Under the pieces are notes generated by a model. It had not been told where the DNA came from. It saw only the letters and a list, made by a program, of their open reading frames with translations, and did no database searches. Shown one piece after another: positions 6,337 to 13,287 of a DNA stretch of 13,287 nucleotides. Made by a program: the position numbers and the translations under genes. Numbering within the stretch: position 1 is the stretch's first letter; every line of letters starts with the position of its first letter. This DNA is from a virus (lineage: Duplodnaviria; Heunggongvirae; Uroviricota; Caudoviricetes). The stretch is taken from IMG/VR virus record IMGVR_UViG_2802429225_000001; one strand, given 5' to 3'.

Positions 6337-6349
6337 AGCTCAAGGGCTG
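6337..6349. repeat. Target-site duplication copy (left) of the IS4 insertion: AGCTCAAGGGCTG
   Basis: Identical 13-mer recurs at 7777-7789 on the other side of the IS; with the preceding base it is 13/14 identical to 7776-7789. Confidence 0.6.
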
Positions 6350-7775
6350 TAATGCCAGTCAGTTAAGCAACTGACTGGCTCTTTTTCGGGGCTGTGGGGG
6401 ATTTCCAGGGTCTCTCCTTTACCACTCTCGGGAAGGCCCTTTCCCTTCTTGTCGGTAATTTCACTAGTTGTCCCATACTTGCAAGATCGCGCATCAGCTC
6501 CGGTATACGTCCCGGTGAAGCGCCCTGCAATGTCATCAGCATTCTCATCACCATTCCGCATGATTCTGAGAAACTCAGTTGATTCGGCCAGTAACCTTTC
6601 AGATGTTCTGCCATTTTAATCATCTGATATCTCACCAGATTATAAGCCAGTAAGACACCCCATAGCTCTTGCTCCACAAGCTCCGGCTTTTTACTTCTCA
6701 GCGTCAGCCTGCTCAGTTGCATCGTCTGTTTTATCTCCCTGTATCCCAGTTCGATTTCCCAGCGATGACTGTACAGATCCGCCATTTCTCCTCCGGGGAA
6801 GCGCATGGCGTCCGTCATCGACGTCAGCAGATGGCAGACTTTTCCTTTGCGCGTCACGGTCAGCAGGCGGGCTGTCACCTCATTTCCCAGTCCCGGCCAC
6901 TTTTTTCGTGCCTGCGGGCTGGTTTTCAGCTTCACCAGATGATCGCCTTTACCCAGTTTTCTGATCTCTTCATATTGCGCTCCCTTTCTGAGAGGGATCA
7001 TCCAGTGGCGGTGTTCTCCCGCCTGGCTCCAGGCATTTAACAGTCCCAGTGAGTAATAACCTTTATCCATTAACGTCAGGGTGTTATCGCCGGTTTGTTC
7101 TATAAGTTGCTCAGCAAGCTCATTTTCGCTGTTCTTCATCGTGCCGAAAGCTGCAGCCGTCAGCAGATGGCTGGTCAGTTCCATCTGGCAGACCATTTTG
7201 ACCTGCGGGTAGAGCGCCGGGTTCCCGGCATGTGTCTGGCGGGGGAAGGCTGCATCGTTCTCTGGTGTATCCGGTGTGCGCCAGAACACACCATCGATGG
7301 CCAGCAGGGTCAGGCCGCACCAGTGCGGATGCGGCGTGGCGTTATGCCAGAGCTGCGCTGTTTTCGTGAACACGCGGCGGACAGCCTCACTTCCCAGGCG
7401 CTGGCGGGCCTGAATAACGGCACTGGGGGCAACGAAGGGGCGATTGCCCGGTAGCATGATGTCCAGGCGATTCACAATCTGGTGAAGAGGTTCTTTACGC
7501 TCAAGCGCCATGCCAACAATACACCAGACCATCATTTCGAGGGGAAGACGGCGCTTGCGTAGCGTTACAGTACCTGATTCGGCAAGGCAACGAGAGATGA
7601 GTTCGGGGTCGAGGTAATCCCCCAGAGAAGTCAGTGGGTTACGCAGAGAATCGTAACGGGATACCAAATCAAGTGCCTGTCCAATGAGCATAAAAAAATC
7701 CGGAAACGAGTGAGCGTTTCCGGATTCTTACACAGCCACTGGATCGGTCAACTGATCCTTAACTGATCGGCATTA
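6350..7775 (-). mobile_element. IS4 insertion sequence, complete copy (1426 bp) with 18-bp imperfect terminal inverted repeats
   Basis: Ends TAATGCCAGTCAGTTAAG (6350-6367) and, reverse-complemented, TAATGCCGATCAGTTAAG (7758-7775), 16/18 match. Length 1426 bp and a single 442-aa transposase ORF match IS4 as I know it; flanked by the 13-bp direct repeat. Confidence 0.9.
6363..7691 (-). CDS. insG: IS4 transposase (DDE family, InsG-type), 442 aa
   Basis: Full-length ORF inside the IS. Start ATG at 7689-7691 is immediately preceded on the minus strand by an 11-bp stem (7698-7708 / 7715-7725) and a U-run, a typical IS read-through barrier. Confidence 0.9.
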   Translation of the reverse strand: MLIGQALDLVSRYDSLRNPLTSLGDYLDPELISRCLAESGTVTLRKRRLPLEMMVWCIVGMALERKEPLHQIVNRLDIMLPGNRPFVAPSAVIQARQRLGSEAVRRVFTKTAQLWHNATPHPHWCGLTLLAIDGVFWRTPDTPENDAAFPRQTHAGNPALYPQVKMVCQMELTSHLLTAAAFGTMKNSENELAEQLIEQTGDNTLTLMDKGYYSLGLLNAWSQAGEHRHWMIPLRKGAQYEEIRKLGKGDHLVKLKTSPQARKKWPGLGNEVTARLLTVTRKGKVCHLLTSMTDAMRFPGGEMADLYSHRWEIELGYREIKQTMQLSRLTLRSKKPELVEQELWGVLLAYNLVRYQMIKMAEHLKGYWPNQLSFSESCGMVMRMLMTLQGASPGRIPELMRDLASMGQLVKLPTRRERAFPRVVKERPWKSPTAPKKSQSVA

Positions 7776-7776
7776 G

Positions 7777-7789
7777 AGCTCAAGGGCTG
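7777..7789. repeat. Target-site duplication copy (right) of the IS4 insertion: AGCTCAAGGGCTG
   Basis: Same 13-mer as 6337-6349; one extra G (7776) lies between the IS end and this copy. Confidence 0.6.
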
Positions 7790-7812
7790 CCGTTTTGTGT
7801 TTCAGAATTCTG

Positions 7813-8550
7813 TTATGTATTGCTGCTGTTTGCGGCGATGATTTTCGCGACTTTTTCAGCTTGTGCATTCATCTGCATCTGACGGTAAGCATTTTCCATT
7901 AGTGGCAGAGCATCACGTGTAGCCTGAGTATCCGGGAAATCGCGCAGCATGCCTTCTACACGGTTAACGACAGCAACCCATGCGCCGCGTTCTGTATAGT
8001 ACTCGGCAACAGAGTATTCATATTTCGCCAGGCGATCTTTCAGGAACACCAGACGTTTGGTGGCATCGGTGGTGTACTGACTGTTCGGATAGCCGCGAAC
8101 TAATTTGGAAAAGTCACTAAACGCAGCTCGAGCATGTTGAGGATCGCGATCGCTACGGTCAACGCCAAAGAATCCTTGTAGCGCACTGTCATCCAGTGCC
8201 ATATTGGTCAGGCCACGCATATACATGACATAATCGATATTCGGATGGGTCGGGTTCAGGCGAATAAAACGATCGATGGCAGCCTGTGCTAACGGCAGAT
8301 CGGCGTTTTTATAATAGGCGTAGATGAGATCCAACTGCACCTGCTGTGAATACGGACCAAACGGATAGCGATTATCTAACGCTTCCAGTTGCGTTATTGC
8401 CTGTCTCCAGTTACCGTCCTGCAGCTTTTGTTGTGCAGTCGCGTAAATTTCATTTGGCGGATTATCAGGTACTTTTTCCTTTGAACCCGAGCAACCCGCC
8501 AAAAACAGGCTTAATGTGGCGGCTGCCACCAGATATTTCATGCGCGTCAT
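7813..8550 (-). CDS. bamD: Outer-membrane protein assembly factor BamD (YfiO) lipoprotein, 245 aa
   Basis: [26 protein letters not shown] ... with lipobox LAGC; recognised as E. coli BamD. Confidence 0.95.
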   Translation of the reverse strand: MTRMKYLVAAATLSLFLAGCSGSKEKVPDNPPNEIYATAQQKLQDGNWRQAITQLEALDNRYPFGPYSQQVQLDLIYAYYKNADLPLAQAAIDRFIRLNPTHPNIDYVMYMRGLTNMALDDSALQGFFGVDRSDRDPQHARAAFSDFSKLVRGYPNSQYTTDATKRLVFLKDRLAKYEYSVAEYYTERGAWVAVVNRVEGMLRDFPDTQATRDALPLMENAYRQMQMNAQAEKVAKIIAANSSNT

Positions 8551-8684
8551 GACGTTTTGACTTTCCTCAAAATGTATTACGGGAGATTCTCTGTTCCTGC
8601 TCCCGGTTAAGACCAGCTACAATAGCACACTATATTAAACGGCAAAGCCGTAAAACCCCAACGATAAACGAAGAAGCAGTATAT

Positions 8685-9665
8685 ATGGCACAACGAGTAC
8701 AACTCACTGCAACAGTGTCCGAAAACCAACTCGGTCAACGCTTAGATCAAGCTTTGGCCGAAATGTTCCCGGATTATTCACGTTCGCGGATAAAAGAATG
8801 GATCCTCGACCAGCGCGTGCTGGTTAACGGCAAAGTTTGTGATAAGCCGAAAGAAAAAGTATTGGGTGGCGAGCAGGTTGCCATAAACGCCGAAATTGAA
8901 GAAGAAGCGCGTTTTGAACCGCAGGATATCCCACTGGATATCGTCTATGAAGATGAAGACATCATTGTTATTAATAAACCGCGCGACCTGGTTGTACATC
9001 CTGGCGCGGGTAACCCTGATGGCACGGTGTTGAATGCGTTGCTTCATTACTATCCGCCAATTGCAGATGTTCCGCGTGCGGGCATTGTCCATCGTCTGGA
9101 TAAAGACACGACGGGTTTGATGGTTGTGGCAAAAACGGTTCCAGCTCAGACGCGTTTGGTGGAGTCTCTGCAACGGCGTGAAATTACCCGTGAGTACGAA
9201 GCCGTAGCGATTGGTCATATGACTGCGGGTGGCACGGTGGACGAGCCAATCAGCCGCCATCCCACCAAACGCACCCATATGGCGGTGCATCCGATGGGCA
9301 AACCAGCGGTCACTCACTATCGCATCATGGAACACTTCCGTGTGCACACGCGTCTGCGGTTGCGTCTCGAAACAGGACGTACGCATCAGATCCGCGTGCA
9401 TATGGCGCATATCACTCATCCGCTGGTGGGTGATCCGGTTTATGGTGGTCGCCCGCGTCCGCCGAAGGGGGCGTCAGAAGCGTTTATCTCCACGCTGCGT
9501 AAGTTTGATCGTCAGGCGCTTCACGCAACGATGCTACGTCTCTATCACCCGATTTCCGGTATCGAAATGGAATGGCACGCGCCTATCCCACAAGATATGG
9601 TTGAACTGATTGAGGTGATGCGCGCCGATTTCGAAGAGCATAAGGATGAAGTGGACTGGTTATGA
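8685..9665 (+). CDS. rluD: 23S rRNA pseudouridine synthase RluD, 326 aa
   Basis: ORF MAQRVQLTATVSENQLGQRLDQALAEMFPDYSRSRIKEWILDQRV ... recognised as E. coli RluD; divergent from bamD; stop overlaps the yfiH start. Confidence 0.95.
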   Translation: MAQRVQLTATVSENQLGQRLDQALAEMFPDYSRSRIKEWILDQRVLVNGKVCDKPKEKVLGGEQVAINAEIEEEARFEPQDIPLDIVYEDEDIIVINKPRDLVVHPGAGNPDGTVLNALLHYYPPIADVPRAGIVHRLDKDTTGLMVVAKTVPAQTRLVESLQRREITREYEAVAIGHMTAGGTVDEPISRHPTKRTHMAVHPMGKPAVTHYRIMEHFRVHTRLRLRLETGRTHQIRVHMAHITHPLVGDPVYGGRPRPPKGASEAFISTLRKFDRQALHATMLRLYHPISGIEMEWHAPIPQDMVELIEVMRADFEEHKDEVDWL

Positions 9666-10393
9666 GTAAGTTGATTGTCCCGCAGTGGCCGTTGCCAAAA
9701 GGTGTTGCGGCCTGTAGCTCTACCCGTATTGGCGGCGTTAGCTTACCGCCTTACGATTCTCTCAATCTGGGGGCCCATTGTGGTGATAACCCGGAACACG
9801 TTGAGGAGAATCGCAGGCGACTTTTTGCTGCGGGCAATTTGCCTTCAAAACCGGTCTGGCTTGAGCAGGTACATGGGAAAGATGTTCTAAGGCTTACTGG
9901 CGAACCTTATGCCTCTAAACGGGCGGATGCATCTTATAGCAACACACCTGGCACGGTTTGCGCTGTGATGACTGCCGACTGCCTGCCTGTGCTGTTTTGC
10001 AACCGTGCGGGAACGGAAGTCGCCGCTGCTCATGCTGGCTGGCGTGGACTTTGCGCTGGTGTGCTGGAGGAGACAGTTTCTTGTTTTGCTGATAAGCCAG
10101 AAAACATTCTTGCCTGGTTGGGACCCGCAATTGGTCCGCGCGCCTTTGAAGTGGGGCCGGAGGTTCGCGAGGCATTTATGGCAGTAGATGCCAAAGCGAG
10201 CGAGGCTTTCATTCAGCGTGGTGATAAATATCTGGCGGATATTTATCTGCTTGCCCGGCAGCGCCTGGCGAACGTCGGTGTTGAACAAATTTTCGGTGGT
10301 AATCGCTGTACATACACTGAAAATGAGACTTTCTTCTCTTATCGTCGCGACAAGTGCACGGGTCGTATGGCAAGTTTCATTTGGCTGATATAA
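9662..10393 (+). CDS. yfiH: YfiH/PgeF (DUF152 purine nucleoside phosphorylase / peptidoglycan editing factor), 243 aa
   Basis: ORF MSKLIVPQWPLPKGVAACSSTRIGGVS ... ; ATGA overlap with rluD at 9662-9665; position between rluD and clpB as in E. coli. Confidence 0.93.
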   Translation: MSKLIVPQWPLPKGVAACSSTRIGGVSLPPYDSLNLGAHCGDNPEHVEENRRRLFAAGNLPSKPVWLEQVHGKDVLRLTGEPYASKRADASYSNTPGTVCAVMTADCLPVLFCNRAGTEVAAAHAGWRGLCAGVLEETVSCFADKPENILAWLGPAIGPRAFEVGPEVREAFMAVDAKASEAFIQRGDKYLADIYLLARQRLANVGVEQIFGGNRCTYTENETFFSYRRDKCTGRMASFIWLI

Positions 10394-10455
10394 CCTAAAG
10401 AATCAAGACGATCCGGTACGCGTGATTTTCTTTTCACATTAATCTGGTCAATAAC

Positions 10456-10483
10456 CTTGAATAATTGAGGGATGACCTCATTT
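10456..10483 (+). promoter_or_regulatory. Candidate sigma32 (heat-shock) promoter of clpB
   Basis: CTTGAAT (10456-10462), 13-nt spacer, CCTCATTT (10476-10483), matching the sigma32 consensus CTTGAAA / CCCCATnT; about 40 nt upstream of the clpB start. Confidence 0.55.
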
Positions 10484-10522
10484 AATCTCCAGTAGCAACT
10501 TTGATCCGTTATGGGAGGAGTT

Positions 10523-13096
10523 ATGCGTCTGGATCGTCTTACTAACAAATTCCAGCTTGCTCTTGCCGATGCCCAATCACTTGCACTCGGGCACGACAAC
10601 CAATTCATCGAACCACTTCATTTAATGAGCGCCCTGCTGAATCAGGAAGGGGGTTCGGTTAGTCCTTTATTAACATCCGCTGGCATTAATGCTGGCCAAT
10701 TGCGCACAGATATCAATCAGGCATTAAATCGTTTACCGCAGGTTGAAGGTACAGGGGGCGATGTCCAGCCTTCACAGGATCTGGTGCGCGTTCTTAATCT
10801 TTGCGACAAGCTGGCGCAAAAACGTGGTGATAACTTTATCTCGTCAGAACTGTTTGTTCTGGCGGCACTTGAGTCTCGCGGCACGCTGGCCGACATCCTG
10901 AAAGCAGCAGGGGCGACCACCGCCAACATTACTCAAGCGATTGAACAAATGCGTGGAGGTGAAAGCGTGAATGATCAAGGAGCCGAAGACCAACGTCAGG
11001 CTTTGAAAAAATATACCATTGACCTTACCGAACGTGCCGAACAAGGTAAACTCGATCCGGTAATTGGTCGTGATGAAGAAATTCGTCGTACCATTCAGGT
11101 ACTGCAACGCCGTACTAAAAATAACCCGGTACTGATCGGTGAACCTGGTGTCGGTAAAACCGCCATCGTTGAAGGTTTGGCGCAGCGTATTATCAATGGC
11201 GAAGTACCTGAAGGGCTGAAAGGCCGCCGCGTACTGGCGCTGGATATGGGCGCGCTGGTGGCTGGGGCGAAATATCGTGGTGAGTTTGAAGAACGTCTGA
11301 AAGGCGTGCTGAACGATCTGTCGAAACAGGAAGGCAACGTCATTCTGTTTATCGATGAGCTGCACACCATGGTGGGCGCAGGTAAAGCCGATGGCGCAAT
11401 GGACGCCGGGAATATGCTGAAACCGGCACTGGCCCGTGGTGAACTGCACTGCGTGGGCGCGACCACCCTTGATGAATATCGCCAGTACATTGAAAAAGAT
11501 GCGGCGCTGGAACGTCGTTTCCAGAAAGTGTTTGTTGCCGAGCCAACGGTGGAAGACACCATTGCTATTCTGCGTGGCCTGAAAGAACGTTACGAGCTGC
11601 ACCACCATGTGCAAATTACTGACCCGGCAATTGTTGCAGCGGCGACGTTGTCTCATCGCTACATTGCTGACCGTCAGTTGCCAGATAAAGCCATCGACCT
11701 GATCGATGAAGCGGCATCCAGTATCCGTATGCAGATTGACTCAAAACCGGAAGAGCTTGACCGACTCGATCGTCGAATTATCCAGCTTAAGCTGGAACAA
11801 CAGGCGTTAATGAAAGAGTCTGATGAAGCCAGTAAAAAACGTCTGGATATGCTCAATGAAGAACTGAGTGACAAAGAACGCCAGTACTCTGAGTTAGAAG
11901 AGGAGTGGAAAGCAGAGAAAGCGTCACTCTCTGGCACCCAGACCATTAAAGCCGAACTGGAACAGGCGAAAATCGCCATTGAACAGGCGCGCCGTGTAGG
12001 TGATCTGGCGCGGATGTCCGAACTGCAATACGGCAAAATTCCGGAGCTCGAAAAACAACTGGAAGCGGCTACGCAGCTCGAAGGCAAAACCATGCGTCTG
12101 TTGCGTAATAAAGTGACTGACGCAGAAATTGCTGAAGTGTTGGCGCGTTGGACGGGCATTCCTGTTTCTCGCATGATGGAAAGTGAGCGCGAAAAACTGC
12201 TGCGTATGGAGCAAGAACTGCACCATCGTGTTATTGGCCAAAACGAAGCCGTTGATGCGGTATCTAACGCCATTCGTCGTAGCCGTGCGGGGCTTGCGGA
12301 TCCTAATCGCCCGATTGGTTCGTTCTTGTTCCTCGGTCCAACGGGTGTAGGTAAAACCGAACTCTGTAAGGCGCTGGCGAATTTTATGTTCGACAGTGAC
12401 GAGGCGATGGTTCGTATCGATATGTCCGAGTTTATGGAGAAACACTCGGTGTCTCGTCTGGTTGGTGCACCTCCGGGATATGTGGGTTATGAAGAAGGTG
12501 GCTACCTGACTGAAGCGGTGCGTCGTCGTCCTTATTCCGTCATTCTGCTGGATGAAGTGGAAAAAGCGCATCCGGATGTATTCAACATTCTGTTGCAGGT
12601 TCTGGATGACGGACGTCTGACTGATGGGCAGGGGAGAACGGTCGATTTCCGTAATACGGTGGTCATTATGACCTCTAACCTCGGCTCCGATCTGATCCAG
12701 GAACGTTTCGGTGAACTGGATTATGCGCGCATGAAAGAGCTGGTGCTCGGCGTGGTTAGCCATAACTTCCGTCCGGAATTCATAAACCGTATTGATGAAG
12801 TTGTGGTCTTCCACCCGTTGGGTGAACAACATATCGCTTCGATTGCCCAGATCCAGTTGAAACGTCTGTACAAACGTCTGGAAGAACGTGGTTATGAAAT
12901 CCACATTTCTGACGAGGCACTGAAACTGCTGAGCGAGAATGGTTACGATCCGGTTTATGGTGCACGTCCTCTGAAACGTGCTATCCAGCAACAGATCGAA
13001 AACCCGCTGGCGCAGCAAATACTGTCTGGTGAATTGGTTCCTGGCAAAGTCATTCGCCTGGAAGTTAATGAAGACCGCATTGTCGCCGTCCAGTAA
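10523..13096 (+). CDS. clpB: Chaperone/disaggregase ClpB (Hsp100 AAA+ ATPase), 857 aa
   Basis: Two AAA+ modules (Walker A GEPGVGKT and GPTGVGKT) and the middle coiled-coil. I place the start at ATG 10523, which gives the 857-aa length I know for ClpB, with GGGAGGAG 10513-10520 as Shine-Dalgarno, rather than the track's ATG 10511. Internal GTG (Val149) at 10967-10969 matches the known ClpB-80 alternative start. Confidence 0.97.
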   Translation: MRLDRLTNKFQLALADAQSLALGHDNQFIEPLHLMSALLNQEGGSVSPLLTSAGINAGQLRTDINQALNRLPQVEGTGGDVQPSQDLVRVLNLCDKLAQKRGDNFISSELFVLAALESRGTLADILKAAGATTANITQAIEQMRGGESVNDQGAEDQRQALKKYTIDLTERAEQGKLDPVIGRDEEIRRTIQVLQRRTKNNPVLIGEPGVGKTAIVEGLAQRIINGEVPEGLKGRRVLALDMGALVAGAKYRGEFEERLKGVLNDLSKQEGNVILFIDELHTMVGAGKADGAMDAGNMLKPALARGELHCVGATTLDEYRQYIEKDAALERRFQKVFVAEPTVEDTIAILRGLKERYELHHHVQITDPAIVAAATLSHRYIADRQLPDKAIDLIDEAASSIRMQIDSKPEELDRLDRRIIQLKLEQQALMKESDEASKKRLDMLNEELSDKERQYSELEEEWKAEKASLSGTQTIKAELEQAKIAIEQARRVGDLARMSELQYGKIPELEKQLEAATQLEGKTMRLLRNKVTDAEIAEVLARWTGIPVSRMMESEREKLLRMEQELHHRVIGQNEAVDAVSNAIRRSRAGLADPNRPIGSFLFLGPTGVGKTELCKALANFMFDSDEAMVRIDMSEFMEKHSVSRLVGAPPGYVGYEEGGYLTEAVRRRPYSVILLDEVEKAHPDVFNILLQVLDDGRLTDGQGRTVDFRNTVVIMTSNLGSDLIQERFGELDYARMKELVLGVVSHNFRPEFINRIDEVVVFHPLGEQHIASIAQIQLKRLYKRLEERGYEIHISDEALKLLSENGYDPVYGARPLKRAIQQQIENPLAQQILSGELVPGKVIRLEVNEDRIVAVQ

Positions 13097-13102
13097 ATGA
13101 TA

Positions 13103-13130
13103 AAACGAGTCCTTCGGGGCTCGTTTCTGT
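13103..13130 (+). terminator. clpB intrinsic terminator
   Basis: AAACGAGUCC (13103-13112), UUCG loop, GGGCUCGUUU (13117-13126), then CUGUCUAU; starts 7 nt after the clpB stop. Confidence 0.5.
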
Positions 13131-13189
13131 CTATAAGTTAGACGGAAAAGACCATGCTCGGGGTGTTTTGCCTGAAAATTGAGCGAACG

Positions 13190-13248
13190 ATAAAGTTTTT
13201 ATATTTTTCGCTTGTCAGGCCGGAATAACTCCCTATAATGCGCCACCA
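13190..13248 (+). promoter_or_regulatory. rRNA operon P1 promoter with A/T-rich UP element (rrnG-type, downstream of clpB)
   Basis: TTGTCA (13212-13217), 16-bp spacer GGCCGGAATAACTCCC, TATAAT (13234-13239), GC-rich discriminator GCGCCACC and start A near 13248; this is the rrn P1 core as I know it from rrnB P1. A/T-rich tract 13190-13208 upstream. Confidence 0.8.
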
Positions 13249-13287
13249 CTGACACGGAACAACGGCAAATAAGCCGCCGGGTCAGCG

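Noticed and set aside
6340-7454. ORFs inside IS4 on either strand (6340-6561, 6394-6582, 6669-7040, 7095-7454, 7120-7320)
   Set aside because: Overlap the 442-aa transposase; IS4 is known to encode a single transposase.
8551-8684. Precise bamD and rluD promoters in the divergent intergenic region
   Set aside because: Candidate hexamers exist (for example TTAAGA ... TATATT, and a GGAAC on the bamD side) but none fits sigma70 or sigmaE spacing well enough to call.
8346-10608. Antisense and overlapping ORFs on bamD, rluD and yfiH (8346-8552, 8778-9419, 9229-9609, 9675-9890, 9887-10288, 9915-10175, 10005-10187, 10030-10212, 10188-10388, 10339-10608)
   Set aside because: Each overlaps a recognisable conserved gene, in another frame or on the opposite strand.
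10717-13018. Long minus-strand ORFs opposite clpB (10844-11656, 11924-13018 and others)
   Set aside because: Antisense artefacts of the GC-rich, codon-biased clpB gene.

Overview
Escherichia coli-type chromosomal window, read by eye from the sequence and the supplied ORF track; no searches were run. Right half (about 5.7-13.3 kb) is the conserved core block raiA(-), bamD(-), rluD(+), yfiH/pgeF(+), clpB(+), ending in an rrn P1-type promoter, with one IS4 copy (1426 bp) inserted between raiA and bamD, apparently into the bamD terminator. Left half (1 to about 5.7 kb) looks like the end of a prophage-like island abutting the raiA terminator. It holds four translationally coupled genes: a DUF4376-like tail-fibre-assembly-type domain protein open at the window edge, two unknowns, and a 565-aa protein with a possible baseplate hub/spike character. 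These are followed by a 1.2-kb mostly non-coding stretch containing a Hok/Gef-family type I toxin locus and a candidate divergent small RNA. The most interesting part is a phage Mu mom-like module: a GATC-clustered promoter region, a Com-like zinc-finger gene, and an overlapping beta-class DNA amino-methyltransferase whose start site sits in a hairpin. Functional assignments of the island genes are inferences from motifs I recognise, not verified homology.
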